Assembly: GCA_950097015.1 (NCBI GenBank)
Contig: CATNEN010000038.1
Location: forward strand, 13,144,001-13,208,000
Direction of reading: 5' to 3'
Source: Macrostomum hystrix
Taxonomy: Eukaryota > Animalia > Platyhelminthes
DNA: 64,000 nucleotides
This document shows, piece after piece, positions 1 to 11,152 of the stretch. The stretch's first letter is position 1. Each line of letters begins with the position of its first letter. The notes below the pieces were generated by a model, which had not been told where the DNA came from, made no database searches, and saw only the letters and a program-made list of their open reading frames with translations. A program made the position numbers and the translations under genes.

Positions 1-527
1 CACTAGGCGACGTTGTGGACGACGCAACAGTTGAGATGCAACTGTTGCATCTCACAGTTAGTGGGTTTCTACAGCAAATTTATTTTACCGGAATCAAAAA
101 GTTTAATGGTTGCAACAGGAAGCACGGTTTAGGCGTTTATGAGTAAATGGAGCGTTATTTGACATTTTATATAGATTACAAAAATTATTGTTTATAGATA
201 GCTAGCTGTTTCTTAGCATACAAAACATACAAAACATAACAAAACATCTAAACAAAACATACGCTCGTACTTTTAAAACTGATTAAAGGAATGAAGAAGG
301 AATGGAAAGGAAGGAGAAATGTTTCAGAGGCAATCTTGACAGATGTAAAATACATTTAATTGCTGATCTGTGGTTTTCACCGTTATTTGTTCATAAAAAG
401 CTTGTTCGGATGGTCAATGGTTCAGAATATTTGAATATTTTCACTTTTCCGGAGGCCAGTGATAATTTATATTCAATTTAATTACATTTTGATCAATAAG
501 AGCTAATTAGCCCACGAACCGGCCTAG

Positions 528-2637
528 TTAACTCGTACTGAGGGCGTCAATTATGAGATTGACCAGTTGAAAGCGCGACCTTCTCGGCTGCTCAGAGGCA
601 CACTCGGTCAGCTCAGCCAGGTCCTGGTCAAGCAGCAGGCTGAGCCGCAGCATGCGACAGGCGCGCAGCAGGTTCCAATCAGACTGGCGGTGGCTGCAGA
701 CCGCCTTGAACTCAGTCTCGCTACCGCTGCCGTCAGCCACGTGATGTTGCCTGTTGGCATCCCCTCCCAAATTCAGGGCATCGACTGCTGTAACATTTGA
801 CAGGTCAACCAAGGTCACGGTTTGCGTATTCGGATACACAGCGAAGTTTGCTAAATCCCAGTCATTGAGGTAGAGTGCGAATCCGGTGTCACTGGAGGTG
901 AGCTTGACGGCCAGCTGCAGAATTCGCATAGACAAAAGCTGACGTTCAGCCAATGGTGACGTCAAATAGTCAGTGGCAGGCTTGCCTCTGTGAGGGGAGG
1001 TCAGTTTGGGTCGGTTTTAGTTGCATCAATTCACAATGTCAACTTTTCGAGTCCAGTCATTGACATTGAAATTGACATCCGACGATAAAAAAACAATTAG
1101 ATCTCAGATGCTATCATGTATTCAACAAGAGCACATGCCTGTGACCAAAGCAACATAAATTTGCATAACATTAGGTAACAATTAGTAAGAATGAAAAATC
1201 ACACCTGTGCTCTACAACAATAAAGCGGCCGCAAGCGCCGTGATATTGCGGGAACGGCCATCCCCGCTCGCTGCTAAAAGTCATAAGTAGCAGGGGCTCA
1301 GGATTGACTAGAGCAGTGAACAAAAGTGACATTTCTTCATTGCGCAGAAGGCGTCTGGGCTTCTCGGGATCCCGCAGGCGAAACGCTTCTTTCACAGTGT
1401 CTAGTAGGCGTTGACTTGGGCAACTGAAAATTTTAAGAAATTGTGGTAAGTCCACTGAATAAGTCTAAATAGTCTACATAATTAACATTGAGTCCTAGTA
1501 AATATTTTCAAGTTGGAATTTAAATAAGGATAATCGCTGGTCAGTGGCGCTGGTCAGTGGCGCTGGTCAGTGGCAGAGCGCTTAACACGTTTGCTTCTCC
1601 TGAGCTCGATTCCGCATTCATTCAGGGCGCAGTCACGGAGAGAAAGCTTAAAGGCTTGTCGTGTACTCGTATTCGTACACACATTAGGGCCACCCTTCAA
1701 GGTGCCATAAGGCACTGTGATGAGGTACACTGCCTGACGATGAGAAAGTCAGGGCAGATATCAACACTTGTGTGTGTGTGCCTGCGTACAGTATCAGTGG
1801 TGCGCGCTCAGGAGTGAGCGAAATGGGCAGAATTGCCTTCTCGCTGGCTGCGGGTCTAGTGTCACCAAATGATGTGCTATTGCCTGCAGCCCTCCTGCAA
1901 CTATTACTATGATTATTATGATGAATTAGAGTATTGGAAAATGATTATGGAAAAAGAAAAGGGAAAAGGGCTTAGCCATAAGGTCATTTAGAGCGAACTA
2001 ACCGAAATAGGTCGTTTACACCCTGCACATCATACAATGTAAGTGTATCTTCTCCCATAGGAAGCCGCCTCCATAAGGCGTCGCGCATATTGCAACGCTG
2101 CGGTCCGCGAAGGTCCGCAAACTCGCACAGTCCGCGCTGTACCCTCTCCAGCTGGTCCGGCGTGGCAAGACTCTTTATCACTATCGGACCGCCCTTAAAC
2201 CTGCCACGGCGCCCTTCGAACACGCGCTTGTTAGGATTGAGCTGGTGAGCAATCGGGTACTGGTAGGCACCCGTGAAGGTCACCTCAGAGTTGGTGAAGT
2301 GATGGCAGAAATCGTTTCCATAGCAGGCTGGGCAGGTCTCCATCTTAAGAAAGTAAACATCTTCTGTGTGTCTCGTAACCATTGCATACCTGACCAGGTG
2401 CCAGTAGAATGTAAACGACAGCAGAACACTGAGCAGTAAAATGCAGCTGCCTTTCCAGCCCATTCGGTTGATTCGAGAGCGTGCGTCTGTCATGGCCTCC
2501 TCAAATTGGTGCAGTGCGGCTGAACTGGCCGACACTTGTGACCCCCTAGGTACCGGGCCGCCATCGCCAACTGTGGCTGCCTCATCTTTGTCCGCTGCAT
2601 TTGAGTTCACCGCTGGACGTCTTGTAACGTTCTGCAT
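528..2637 (-). CDS. DIPK2A: Divergent protein kinase domain 2A-like (DIA1/C3orf58, FAM69 family); 3 exons: 2003-2637, 1205-1423, 528-987 (~437 aa)
   Basis: GT-AG junctions keep frame (635+219+460 = 1314 nt). N-terminal signal anchor followed by the family motifs CPACYG..C, RCPSQRLLD (formed across junction 1), NPEPLLL..F....GWPFP.Y.GACGR and D....NFAV...VDL. Confidence 0.9.
1533..1923 (+). mobile_element. tRNA-derived SINE-like element in DIPK2A intron 1
   Basis: A-box-like TGGCAGAGCG and B-box-like GCTCGATTCC, a GC-rich body within an AT-rich intron, a (TAT/ATG)n simple-repeat tail, and a triplicated 13-bp 5' unit (GCGCTGGTCAGTG). No clear TSD. Confidence 0.55.
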
Positions 2638-2876
2638 TTTCCGCTGTCTTTTTTATCAGTGATTCCAATATGACTTTCAGCCTCTGAAATTGTACACGTG
2701 AATGCAGTTACCGTTGTGGTTTGTTCAGTTAAGGGTATGTTTTAAATACGACTTAAGCTAATGTAGTTTTCTCAAAGGATAAGCTTAACAAAAATGCATA
2801 TCTTTGTTTCCTAAATATGATACCACTAGTACAAGTAAATACGCTAAGCTCGTACATAGGCGCACTTCACAAAATA

Positions 2877-3649
2877 CTATAGCTTTTGTCAGGCTATCTC
2901 AGCCTATGGGCATTCAAACTCAGCGAGCCCATCTTGTCACTGCGGTTTTTTTACTGAAGCTGCTAGTTTTTACCATAGACATGCATTTTAAGACCATGCT
3001 ATCTCAGCTTGGGACGAGCAATCTCAGCCAACCTATAATTTCTATGTTATTCTGTCTATAGTTTTGTCTTAAACTGTAATCTTAAATGTATACAGGCTCC
3101 ATCCAGAGCTCTGGCTATTGTCTTAAAGGAGACCAGTGGCTTGTCTGGAAGCTGAGCAGCGAGATTAGTCTGCAATGCTTTCAGTGTCGCCATCGGATTT
3201 TCATTTAAGAGGCCGATGAGCACTTGGCGCATCTCGTCGTCCAGCTTGCAAGAGCCGATCTTCCGGCCTCCGCGCTGAAGAGCATCAATCCGACCTGTAG
3301 CTTCAAAAGTGGCAATGATGTGGCGAGCGGTTTTCAATTTGATGCCAAGAATTGTAGCGGCTAGACCAATATCCTGTCCTTCCGTCCACGCGGAGATCAA
3401 GCGTCTTCTATCAACGTTGCTGGTTGCCCTCATTTTGGCGGAACAGCTTCAAATGTTAACAAAACTATAGACAGAATAACATAGAACTTATACGTTGGCT
3501 GAGATTGCTCGTCCCAAGCTGAGATAGCATGGTCTTAAAATGCATGTCTATGGTAAAAAATAGCAGCTTCAGTAAAAAAACCGCAGTGACAAGATGGGCT
3601 GGCTGAGTTTGAATACCCATTCGCTGAGATAGCCCGACAAAAGCTATAG
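2877..3649 (-). mobile_element. Internally deleted IS630/Tc1/mariner-superfamily transposon with ~191-bp TIRs and TA TSD
   Basis: TA|CTATAGCTTTTGTC ... GACAAAAGCTATAG|TA. TIRs at 2877-3067 and 3459-3649. The interior encodes only the N-terminal HTH region of a transposase (ORF 3056-3433); the DDE domain is missing. Confidence 0.9.
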
Positions 3650-4261
3650 TATAGATAATTTAGAGGCTACACTGCTTAATATGTCTAGTTGAAACGTCCT
3701 ACTTATTGCAAGAAAGAAGCACTATGGAAAATAAATATATATTTAAATTAATTTTGTTATCCAGCGAAACTGCTGTTTTATAAAAAAAACAAAAAGTATA
3801 GAGAATAAATACAGAAATACTCTAATAGAAGACAGAAACATTATTTACAGAGAAAAGACATGGCTTCACAAAAGAAAGCAAAACTTATGTGTGCTGATTG
3901 ATGCATTCAAAATTCAAGGTTGAACTTGCACACTAAATTTGAATAGCTTTAGATAGTCACCTAATGTGATAAACGTAGGTTGTGAACAACACATTTTTTC
4001 TTTTTATAGTTTGTACATACTCGTATTTTCCTCATTTTTCCTCATGTATGCCTTATGCATTATCCTATCGCGTACGACTTCAGCAGTCCCTCGAGTGATG
4101 TCAGTTAGATTTATTGTTTTTCCCTCCTGCTTATGTTATTTATGGCAAGTTCATAATGAATCATAACGATTAACGATAGAAGCACAGGAAGGGTCAGTCC
4201 TCAGTTACTCTTAGATTATCTGGATATGCTTAAAATTTTACTAATACATTATAAGACGCGC

Positions 4262-7200
4262 TCAGGAGTAAGACACACAGGCGCATAGAGAAACAATTTG
4301 CTTGGCGTTAGCGATCATCTTTTCAGATTTGCGCCGGAGCGGACGGACCTGCTGATCCAGCCATTCTTCAACACCGGCGGGAAGCAGCACGGAGTCACAA
4401 GCGGCTTTGAAGGAAGCCTCACCAGCGGCCAACTCCTGCCGAAAGCGTTCAGCGTGGCAGGCAATTTTCTCTACCACGGCGGGACTACTGAGCAGGCGGC
4501 TAGTATGGCGGGCAGAGAGCCAGCCTTGCACCCAGTCGGAGTTAAGGAAAGCGGCAAACTCGGTGCGCAAGGCTTGAAGCCGGTGAACACACTGGTAGAC
4601 TCGCCAGCCGGGGAAGGACAAGTCGCCTGCTGGTAGAGAGTTCCTGAAACACGAGCGATGCTCAATGTTGCAGAATTGTATTAGAACTAATATGAGAAAC
4701 TGCAGAAAATAGACGTGTGCTCACTGAACAAATGGATTCCAAGGCAGCAGGTCCAGAAAGCCCATTTGCTTGGACAAGGCCGCGTGAATCTCCTCAGTGA
4801 AGCCGAATTCTCGCACCGTGACAAGACAGGTCAGCAATATCGGCACCGATACTGGTAAAAGTTCACACAAGCTAGCCATGTGATCGAACCTCTGCCAGCC
4901 CGTGAGCACAAAACCCGCCAATTGCTGGCAGTCGAGGTTGCCCTGCTGATAATCACGCATCACCCGCAGCCAGGCCTGTGTGTTTTCTGAGTGGTGGTAC
5001 AGCGGCGTTACCTGGCAAAATAGAGTATGGTTTGATCCGATGGCATAGTTCTTTATTCACATTTTGTTGAGCAATTTTACGGTCACTCAAATTTCTGGAA
5101 ACAGTTACCTCTAGATCGTGAATATACGAGTAGCAGAGCAGGCGGTACGTTCCTGTGAACTAAACAAGACTATTAAATTAAACATCCGATAATCCGAATA
5201 TGATCATTTCTACCTGGCAATTAGCAGCCACAGAGCCTCGGAACGAGCCTGCAAACCAGACCTGATCAGGTGGAAAGACGCTCGCCAGCTTGGAAAAGTA
5301 GTCAGGCTTAAGTTGAAACTGACTTGCATAGTGCCACACCATTGGCTGAGCCAGGCTGGGTAGCTTGCTGGCCCTGATCAGCTCCGGTTCAACTTGGCGC
5401 AGCATATCATCCCAAAGAATAGGCTTTAGCGCGTGCTTAGAAATCACGTGACTGGCCACACGAGTTACGTGACTGAGAAAGAGCTGCTGCTCGGATTGGC
5501 CGCTTGCGCGGCAGTTAGGGCAGCTCCGTAGAAAATAAACTTCATCGGCGCCAATGTGAATATGGCGCATCTTCGGATTGTCCGAGCCAAGGCAGTTTCT
5601 ATGCAGGGCGATGACTTCGTCGAGCATTGATAGAATGAGTTCCACTGCGTCTGCAAAACAAAAAGCATATTTCACATTTCGAACTGTATCCTTAATTATT
5701 AAGGAGTGGGCATAGATTCATTAAAAGCAATGAATATAATGATGTTGATGCACATACCTTCCAACATCGGACACAAGTTGTTGGGATACTGGGCGCATTC
5801 ACGTAAATGAAAGAATTTCTCGTGTTTCAAGACGTACTAAAAGTGAGCAAAGAGATCGGTGAGAGTATCATCTAAGCATGATTAATTACTACAATGCAAA
5901 AAACTCACCTCTAGATGCCCAAAGCACTGAACAAGCGGGATAACAGCGAGGTCCAACTCCTTGCAGAGCTGCAGCAGACTGCGAATTTCTGTTTCACTGG
6001 GCCGGAATGCAATATTAATTATTAGTAATTATACTTCAGCGCACAACACATACGAAAGATACTTGAAATATTAATTGGATAAATGAATACCTGTAGTGTG
6101 CCGATTTATTTACTAGGACAGCCAGGCCGTCTCGGAATGGAAAGGTGTCCTCGTATTCAATCAGAAGACCGGTGCATCCACAAGACTTAAGCAGTGGCAG
6201 CAGCTGTTTTAATGATTAAAGGTGATTGTATCAAGTTTAGACATTGGATCAAACTACAAAAGTGCAAAAGGCTAGGCTGTCAATGAATATAAAAATAAAG
6301 TTTGCGATCTCCATTTACGTGAACTTTACCTCTTGCAAGTACTGAATTGTTGGCGGTGCGCCTTTTAAGTCAAGATGAACCAGTCTGAAATGAGAAAATA
6401 GATTTTGAAAATCACTAACAAGTATACCTTTTTGCAATCAATTTCGTCGTTTTTGCGTTCAATTTCGGCGCGAGCGCTAGTGTGCAGTCTAAACAACTGA
6501 GCCATAGACACTGGGCAACTTTTGCGTTCAAATTCGGCCGTTTTGCGTCCTATTTCGGCAGCTTACGGCATCAGACATTCTCCATTTTAAATTACAGAAA
6601 CTAGCCTCGCCGCCACAAAATAACCATGGATACGCATGAACAATAAAGGACAATACAAATAAGAAACAACTTATACTTGAACAGTGTAGGAGACAATAAA
6701 GGACAATACAAATAAGAAACAACTAGACTTGAACAGTCAATTAGAAACAGATTTTAGTCCACAGAGTCTACAGAGTTTCGTTGGGTCGCATCACTTAAGC
6801 CAAAATATCCTCGGCATCCAGGCAACGCTGCACGTACGTCTGGCCGTGGTTCACCCATTGCAGACACTTGAACGGTGTAATGTCCTGCGCTGCAATGCGC
6901 ACCAAGCGCTGCAGCAGCCGGAGTCGATGTTGCTGCAGTGAGATGCCCGCTGCTTGTGCAGCGGTCTGATCGCCGGCCTCCCGCTGCACCGCAGGCGACG
7001 AGAGAGCGCGCTTCGGCGCTGCCTTCAGGCACGAGCCTGCCTGTTCAGCGGCATTCAGGAATGATGAATACGGGGGCAGAAACCGGCACTCATGACCTTC
7101 ACCCAATCCTGGCACGTTCAGGTGCACACGAGTGCCATCAACCATGAGTACGAATTCCTCCTCCTCTAACAGGACGTCCAACTCGGTTAGAAAGTCTGCG

Positions 7201-8336
7201 AAATGGGCGTTGGTGAAGCCTCCCTGTATAGTGGTCAGGTGAATCAGGCCGTACGAGATGACCAGGCAGATGGTTAGGTTCTGCCCTCGCTGGCCATTCA
7301 AAACCGAGACGGCACGCTGGCCTCGTGGAGCCCAGCCCTGACTGCGGAGTGTCCACAGATTGACACCGAACTCGTCAAGCCAGATCGTGTGGCGATGGAC
7401 GCCTTCGGCCAGCATCCACTCAGCATGCATGTGGTGGGCCTCCTTGGTCACGGGGAGTGTTCCAATCCACTGGATTCCCTCTCATGAGCTTAAGAGTGAT
7501 GAGTCTTCCATCCAGTGCGCGGCTGATGGCAGACAGTGACACATTCACTAGATTGGGGAATCCCTGCAGGATGTGGTTCCTCATCTGCGCCAGTGTTGCG
7601 CCAGGTTGGGTCTCCAGGAATTCGGTGATCGCATTCACCATCTCATCTGTCAAGCGACACCTCTATGCTCCGCCTTTTGGAAGAGGGTCCGCTCTGAGCG
7701 TAGGCTTTGCCTAGGCTTTGGCGCGCAAAGCCCAGCACACGAGCGAGCGCTTGCCAGTCTGCATTGAAGTCGTAAGCTGCGATCAGTCTGCATTGAAGTC
7801 GTAATCTGCGATCAGTCTTTGTCGATCAACTGTCGTGACGCGCGTGTATTGTCCTCTTGGAGGCATTCTAGCCGGGAGCAGAAAGTAAAAACACCGAAAC
7901 AGACTTGCGGAGACAACAATAGGCCTGCTTTCGGAGACAAATTTTTCATCCCACCCTCACTGAACGCGATCGAGTGAGAAAGTGTCTATGGCAAAAACAT
8001 TCGAACTGTGCCCACAGTGCCCCATATGATTGCGCTGCCGAAATAGGACGCAAACAGGCCGAATTTGAACGCAAAAGTTGCCCAGTGTCTATGGCTCAGT
8101 TGTTTGGACTGCACACTAGCGCTCGCGCCGAAATTGAACGCAAAAGTTGCCCAGTGTCTATGACTCAGTTGTTTGGACTGCACACTAGCGCTCGCGCCGA
8201 AATTGAACGCAAAAGTTGCCCAGTGTCTATGGCTCAGTTGTTTGGACTGCACACTAGCGCTCGCGCCGAAATTGAACGCAAAAGGTATAAAATAATTTTA
8301 CACACATACAACTTACCGATGCTCCAGATTGGCCAT
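4262..8336 (-). CDS. HEXD: Hexosaminidase D-like (GH20); 8 exons: 8317-8336, 6330-6384, 6091-6203, 5909-5996, 5758-5836, 5214-5650, 4725-5011, 4262-4643 (~486 aa)
   Basis: All junctions are GT-AG and in phase (1461 nt total). Motifs RLVHLDLKGAPP, GLLIEYEDTFPF, IPLVQCFGHLEYVLKH, catalytic HIGADEV, WDDMLR and LTGWQRFDH..LCELLP. Confidence 0.92.
6795..7866 (-). pseudogene. Frameshifted DDE transposase (IS630/Tc1-like)
   Basis: Starts MPPRGQY at 7866. It is broken by a ~26-bp duplication (~7755-7820), stop codons and a frameshift near 7450. Catalytic motifs IWLDEFG, LMVDG and FLPPYSSFLNAAE are retained. Confidence 0.85.
8060..8283. repeat. 69-bp unit repeated ~3 times within the right TIR
   Basis: GAAATTGAACGCAAAAGTTGCCCAGTGTCTATGGCTCAGTTGTTTGGACTGCACACTAGCGCTCGCGCC in tandem; one inverted copy in the left TIR. 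Confidence 0.9.
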
Positions 8337-11152
8337 TTAGAGAGCACGATATCAAAATCTGAAATGTATTCACCAATATTTCATCTAATCAGATATTTTA
8401 AAAAGCAAAGCTTCTTTTGATGTATAATCTAGTCTTTATGTAATAAGTTTAAATCTCTTAATGTAACAAGTTAGAGAGAGAGAGACACTAGCCAGCTTGG
8501 AGAAATAGTCAAGCTAATGCTGAAACTCTGTGGTACATACGCTCTGCTATGCATGATAATGATGCTAATCAAGAACTTATCACTTATTTACTTAAAACCG
8601 CAAACTAACGTACAACTAAAAGCTGTTATTTATAAATACTGCAAGTTAATCCACTACGAGTTCAAATACTGCCAAGTGTTAAATTTGAAGGGAAATCTCA
8701 AATACTAATACGCTCAGAAGAGGCTATCATAAAATCATATTGTTCTATAAGATGGCATAAACTAGCTAAGAGACTTAACTAAGAGACAAAATTTGACATT
8801 ACGAGTTTACAAAAATTAGCAAAAAAAAAGACAGGGGTTAAAAAGTAAATTCTGTAGACTAAATTATTTTATTTTTCAAGATCGAGACAAAAAATGAAGT
8901 CAACTGTCATACACAGGTCAAAAAAACATTGGAAATACAATTCTGCACTGATTTAAGCGATACTGTTTATGTCTGCGTCGCAAAAGCACTAAATCTCAGT
9001 TGGGAGAACATACAATTACCCAAAAGGAAAGCCTTCTCATGAAATAACAAAGTACGCTCGTACGAGCGTACGAGCTATTTTGTGCAATTTGTCAGGTGTT
9101 CGAACAGCATAACTCAACACCGAAAATTAATTAAGGTAAAATCTGCCTTTAGAAGTGCAGAATCTAATACAAAAGTAAACAAAGCACCACATTAATGATC
9201 TAAGTTAACAGTAGCAGAAGGTAACAAAGCAGAAGTTTTGCATGTTGGCGGGTTCAAAGCATGAATCTTTGTAAACGATTCATTGTAAGTGTAAGTACAT
9301 TGTTGAATAAAAAGCAACGTGAAATCACATGTAAAGTGAACTTGTTCACGATAATGCATATTTATGTAGGTAAAAGTGCCTCCAATTCTTGTTAGCCGTT
9401 AAGCACGTAACTACGAGTACCTGACCCCAGATATATAGAACCTATAGACACTAGTATATTCCCGATGCAGAATAAGTTAAATTTTTCTAACAAACAACAT
9501 TTGTACACAATAAAGTGTACTTTATTGGACAATAAATACCTTTTAACTAATTAGCGGTCATACATTTAACGAGGTTCCGCAGATTCGAGAATACTGGAAC
9601 TCCGGAGAAGTGACTCTAGAGATGTTGATCTAAACTTGTAAACTTGGATTCAGTGGAAAACTTCAGGTAAAAGCACAAACACTGCGCATCACGAAATAAC
9701 AAGTGGGGTCATTACAGAAACTGATTACATGTATAGTCAAGGAAAAATACTATTTCGGCCCAGCCACAGTATTATAGTAAACTAATATACGCTCGTAGGT
9801 AATAAGCAGCAAAGTGATTGCAAAATGTTAGTATTAGATTTATTGCCCGGATTAGACGAAAGTAATTAGACAATGAATTTTTCACTATTGCCATGAAGAT
9901 AGGAGACTACAAACAGGCAGACATGTCAAATGGAGCTTAATGTCAAAATAATTATAGCGTGATCTTTTCAGACAAAGTAGTCATTGTACATTTAGCTCAA
10001 TTTTCAAGCTAAAAAACAACTCAAAACACTTGACGGACAGACTGGAAAAAAACCAAGACTATGCAAAAACAGCGAAACAAAAATATTGTAAAACATAGAA
10101 GTGACTTAAAATAGAACTCACAAAACGGAGTTTGGAATAGGTGCGTACGCCTGAAATCTAAACAGGAATCATAAAGAAAGATGAAAAATCCATTCGCCTG
10201 GAAATAAATCACAACACAAATCAATTTGACATTCTATAATACGACAAAAACCATTTAATCAAATTAATTCCTTTTTTTCCACAGCCATTCGACTAAATAT
10301 AATGCAAAATATGGTATAGTTAATTTCATACTACTATTCTGGCAGCATCACAGACTATACAAGAGAACATATTGGTCAGTATGCCTACATATGGCTGCTT
10401 TGAGAAATTTGACCCAGACTTGCATATTGATTTTTCCGTCATCTTGGACGTGTTAGTTCTAATAATTGTTTTTTACTGCAAATAAACATTCTCGTAATGG
10501 ATCTGCTAATTGGCAGTCAAAGGTTATCACATTATTACAAGCAACGCAACATATATATATTTCAAATGACCTGTAAGACATGCATTTTACGAGCTACAAT
10601 TCGAGTTTAATAGCCTAGTAAAGGACCTCTAAAATATGTTTTTAAGTGAAATATATTAGATAATGACAAAAATACTAATGTAAGAGATTAACGTTTTACA
10701 ACTAAGCGATCTGTTTCAGCCTGCCTCTCAGGATTTAAGCCCGGAAACCCGTTCAAAACTTGGCGCATTTAACAAAAGCGAGTGTCGTGTATCCGTTGCC
10801 AGTGTCGGTGAGAGTGAAGAACTTCAGAGCAGTTAACAACCAAAAAAATTAATGCGTGTTGCACAAACAGATAACATGAGTCTAAAAAACACTCGTTCGG
10901 CTTGCAAAAGGGACCCTAACACTGAACATACTAACTTAAACGAAAATGTTTACAGTTAGAAAAAACGAAGATCAGCACTAAGATCTAGATCCATTTTACA
11001 GCACTAGTGAAAACCGGTGAACAAACACGGTGAACAAAAAACAGTGTGTCAACGAAATCAAACAAATCCATCCGTGTCTCAGCATATAGAGAAAATAAAA
11101 AACACCAATACTCGTATGCAAAAGCCAACTCAATCCAAGTACCAAGCAGCCA

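Larger units (their letters stand above)
6427..8285 (-). mobile_element. IS630/Tc1-like DNA transposon in HEXD intron 1, TA TSD
   Basis: TA|CCTTTTTGC ... GCAAAAGG|TA, with inverted terminal regions 6427-6562 and ~8033-8285 and a transposase remnant between them. Confidence 0.88.

Noticed and set aside
7420-7460. Programmed frameshift as in bacterial IS630
   Set aside because: No slippery run at the overlap, and the gene has other stops and a duplication, so decay is the simpler explanation.
7974-8420. 148-aa repeat protein
   Set aside because: Translation of the 69-bp TIR repeats, antisense to HEXD exon 1.
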